A stretch of 53,232 nt of DNA from Novosphingobium sp. GTDB lineage: Bacteria; Pseudomonadota; Alphaproteobacteria; Sphingomonadales; Sphingomonadaceae. The notes under the pieces were generated by a model that saw only the letters and a program-made list of their open reading frames with translations, did no database searches and was not told where the DNA came from. The translations under genes and the position numbers were made by a program. Of this stretch, positions 49,842 to 53,232 are shown piece after piece (position 1 is the stretch's first letter; every line of letters begins with the position of its first letter). The DNA lies in assembly GCA_019510335.1 (NCBI GenBank), contig JAEKKO010000106.1:1-53232 (forward strand), read 5' to 3'.

Positions 49842-52674
49842 ATGGATCTCCGCCAGCATCTCTACCTCGTCGACGGTTCGGCCTACATTTTCCGCGCCTA
49901 TCATCGCCTGCCCCCGCTGACCAATCCGCGCGGCGTCCCGGTCGGGGCGGTCTACGGCTACACGACGATGCTCTGGCGCTTGGCCGAGGACCTCAACAAG
50001 GCCGACGGGCCGACCCACCTCGCCGTGATCCTCGACAAGGGCGCGACCAGCTTCCGCAACGCGATGTACGACCAGTACAAGGCCAACCGCCCGCCGCCGC
50101 CCGACGACCTCGTCCCGCAGTTCCCGCTGATCCGCGACGCGACCCGTGCGTTCAGCCTGCCGTCCATCGAGGAGGACGACCTCGAGGCCGACGACATCAT
50201 CGCCTCCTACGCGCGCGAGGCGACTCGGCGCGGCTGGGACGTGACGATCGTCAGCTCGGACAAGGACCTGATGCAGCTCGTCGGCAAATGCGCCGAGCCC
50301 GACGACGGCGCCGAGGGCGGCTGCATCGACATGCTCGACACGATGAAGAACCAGCGGATCGACATCCCCGAGGTGGTCGAGAAGTTCGGGGTGCCGCCCG
50401 CTGATGGGCGATTCGGTCGACAACGTCCCGGGCATTCGCGGGATCGGCCCGAAGACCGCGACCAAGCTGATCCAGGAGCACGGCAGCCTCGAAGCGGCCC
50501 TCGCCGCGGCGCCGGCGATGAAGCCGGGCAAGCTGCGCGACAGCATGATCGAGCAAGCCGACATGGCGCGGCTGTCGCGCCGGCTGGTCCAGCTCAAGGA
50601 AGACTGCCCGCTGCCGATGCCGCTGGACGAGTTCAAGCTGACGGCGATCCCGCAGGAACCGCTCGCCACGTTTCTCACCGAGCACGGCTTCACCAGCCTG
50701 CTCAAGCGGCTCGACGGCGGCCGCGGCAGCCCCGGCCCGGCGACCCAGCTCCATCCCGAGAAGCCGGTCACCGCCGGCGCTCCGGCCGCGCCGCAGGGCA
50801 GCCGGCAGCCGCCGCCGGAGATGCCGCCGGTCGACCTCGCCGCCTACGAATGCGTCCAGACCTTGGAAGCGCTCGACCGCTGGATCGAGCGGGCGTTCGC
50901 GGCGCGGCTGGTGGCGGTCGACACTGAGACCAGCATGCTCGACGCAATGCGCGCCGATCTCGCCGGCATTAGCCTGGCGCTCGGGCCGAACGACGCCTGC
51001 TACATTCCGCTCGGCCACGGCGGCAGCGACATGTTCGCCGAGACGCCCGAGCAGATCGCCGCGCCGCTCGCCCTCGCCCGGCTCAAGCCGCTGCTCGAGA
51101 GCGACGCCGTGCTCAAGGTCGGGCAGAACATCAAGTACGACATCAACATCCTCGCCCGCCACGATATTCTCATGGCGCCGGTCGACGATACCATGATCGT
51201 CAGCTTCGCGATGGACGCCGGCCGCAGCGAGGAAGGGATCGGCGGCGGCCACGGCATGGACGAGCTCGCCCAGCGCCACCTCGGCCACACCACGCTGACC
51301 TTCAAGGACATCTGCGGCAGCGGCAAGAAGGCGATTCCGTTCGGCGAGGTCCCGCTCGACCGCGCCACCCGCTACGCCGCGGAGGACGCCGACGTCACCT
51401 GGCGGCTGCACCGGGTGTTGAAGCCGCGGCTCGCCGACGAGGGCGGGACGCGAATTTACGAGCGCGTCGATCGCCCGCTGATCCCGGTCGTTGCCCAGAT
51501 GGAGCGCCACGGGATCAAGGTCGACCGCGAGCGGCTGGCCCAGCTCTCGAGCGAGTTCGCCAAGAGCATCGCCGAACTCGAGTGCGAGGTCTACGGCCTG
51601 TGCGGTCAGGAATTCACCATCGGCAGCCCCAAGCAGCTCGGCGACATCCTGTTCGACAAGCTCGGCTATAAAGGCGGGCGCAAGGGCAAGAGCGGCCAGT
51701 ACTCGACCGACCAGGCGATCCTCGAAGGGCTTGCCGCGCAAGGCGCCGAAGTCGCCACCAAGGTGCTCGACTGGCGCCAGCTGACCAAGCTGCGCTCGAC
51801 TTATACCGAGGCGCTGCAGGCGGCGATCAACCCGGCGACCGGGCGCGTGCACACCAGCTACAGCCTGGTCGGCGCGCAGACCGGGCGGCTCTCGTCGAAC
51901 GATCCCAACTTGCAGAACATCCCCATCCGCACCGAGATCGGGCGGCAGATCCGCGACGCCTTCGTCGCCGAGCCCGGCAACGTCCTGCTCTCGGCCGACT
52001 ACTCGCAGATCGAGCTCCGCCTGGCCGCGCACATGGCCGACGTTCCTGCCCTGAAGGAGGCGTTCGCGGCCGGCGAGGACATCCACGCGCGCACCGCGCT
52101 GGAGATGTTCGGCGAGGTCAACCGCGACACCCGCGGCCGCGCCAAGACGATCAACTTCGCGATCCTCTACGGGATCAGCCGGTGGGGTCTGGGCGGGCGG
52201 CTCGGCGTCGGCGCCGACGAGGCGCAAGCGATGATCGACCGTTACTTCGAGCGCTTTCCGGGCATTCAGCGCTACATCGTCCACACCCTCGAAAGCGTGC
52301 GCGAGCGCGGCTATTCCGAGACCCTGTTCGGCCGCAAGACCTGGTTCCCGCGGATCAACTCGCGCAACCAGGCCGAGCGTTCCGGTTCGGAGCGGGCGGC
52401 GATCAATGCGCCGATCCAGGGGACCAGTGCCGACATCATCAAGCGGGCGATGGCGCGGATGGTCCCGGCGCTCGCCGGGGCTGGCTTGGGCGACGTGCGG
52501 ATGCTGCTCCAGGTTCACGACGAACTGGTGTTCGAGCTGCCCGAGGGTGACGTCGCCGCCGCCAAGCCGGTCATCGAGCGGGTCATGGCCGAAGCCGCGC
52601 TGCCGGCGGTGCGGCTCGAGGTACCGCTGGGGATCGAGATCGGCACCGGCCCCAGCTGGGGCGCGGCGCACTAG
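49842..52674 (+). pseudogene. polA: DNA polymerase I, frameshifted at ~50400 (true lesion or sequence/assembly error)
   Basis: Frame 1: LVDGSAYIFRAYH, YKANR, EADD, SSDKDL...EKFGVPP. Frame 2 from 50401: LMGDSVDNVPG, TGRLSS.DPNLQNIP, DYSQIELR, KTINF.ILYG, QVHDEL. Confidence 0.9.
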
Positions 52675-52778
52675 CATCAGCGCCCGGCGCCAGGAACGAC
52701 TCGCTCCGCCACGGTCCGCGGGCGCCGCGCCGCACGACGGGTTGTGGCTTGCGCGCGGTGACCTTACAGACGGCCGCG

Positions 52779-53232
52779 ATGGACGGGACGGCAGGTGGCG
52801 CGATGACCGGCGCAAAAAAGGCGGCCGCTCGCACCCAGGCGGCGACCGCTCGGGTCAGCCGCTTGCGGGCGCGTCTGGGCGGGCAGCTGTGGCGGCAGAC
52901 CCCGCGCGGGCCGATCCTGGCGGTGTTCGCCGTCGTCGCGATGTCGCTGATCGGGGGCGTGCTGCTGATCCTCGGGACGATCCGCGCCGAGCGGCACGAG
53001 CGCGAGATCGCCGACCACAGCAGCGCCGTGCTGACGGTCCTGCGCGACATCAGCCGGGACGCGGTCAACGCCGAAACCGGCCAGCGCGGCTTCTACATCA
53101 CTTTGGACAAGCGCTATCTCGCTCCATACGCCGCGGCCCTGGCCCAGCACGAGCCGTCGATCGCGCGCCTGCGTGCGCTGACCGCCGGCAGCCCCGACCC
53201 CCGCCAGCGCGAGCTTGCCGCCGCCGTCGCGC
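52779..53232 (+). CDS. CHASE3-domain sensor protein, partial (probably histidine kinase)
   Basis: Manual translation: TM segment ILAVFAVVAMSLIGGVLLILG, then NAETGQRGFYITLDKRYLAPY (CHASE3 signature); runs off the window end. Confidence 0.8.
   Translation, partial: MDGTAGGAMTGAKKAAARTQAATARVSRLRARLGGQLWRQTPRGPILAVFAVVAMSLIGGVLLILGTIRAERHEREIADHSSAVLTVLRDISRDAVNAETGQRGFYITLDKRYLAPYAAALAQHEPSIARLRALTAGSPDPRQRELAAAVA

Noticed and set aside
50385-50410. Programmed ribosomal frameshift in polA
   Set aside because: No slippery heptamer, and conserved residues are physically absent, so recoding could not restore them.

Overview
High-GC alphaproteobacterial chromosome segment. Gene content and protein style suggest Sphingomonadales (Novosphingobium/Erythrobacteraceae-like; inference). 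It is mostly housekeeping: partial tamA, bpt/ate, a GH130-like glycosidase, threonine dehydratase, a YtcJ-like amidohydrolase, argS-SPOR-nagZ-scpAB-tatABC, SDR-mtnP-maiA-MarR, a Tad/Cpa pilus cluster without its ATPase or pilin, ispH-thrB-rnhA, clpB, yqgE, a GAF-GGDEF cyclase, an M16 peptidase, CIRCE-controlled groESL, a host-attachment (baeRF12-like) gene followed by a PIMT/erythromycin-esterase fusion, kup, a class A beta-lactamase-like protein, a TonB-dependent receptor, polA and a partial CHASE3 sensor. I saw no rRNA, tRNA, CRISPR array, transposase, integrase or phage gene. Most notable: (1) polA is broken by an apparent ~23-nt deletion and frameshift at ~50400; (2) a candidate stress-induced ribosome-rescue/protein-repair operon (40394-42880) inside a proteostasis-rich block; (3) two enzymes with substituted catalytic residues (amidohydrolase, beta-lactamase-like); (4) a non-CIRCE palindrome over the clpB promoter; (5) a probable MATE transporter relic before groES. 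Family calls come from motif recognition only; no searches were run, and nothing here is demonstrably a new system.
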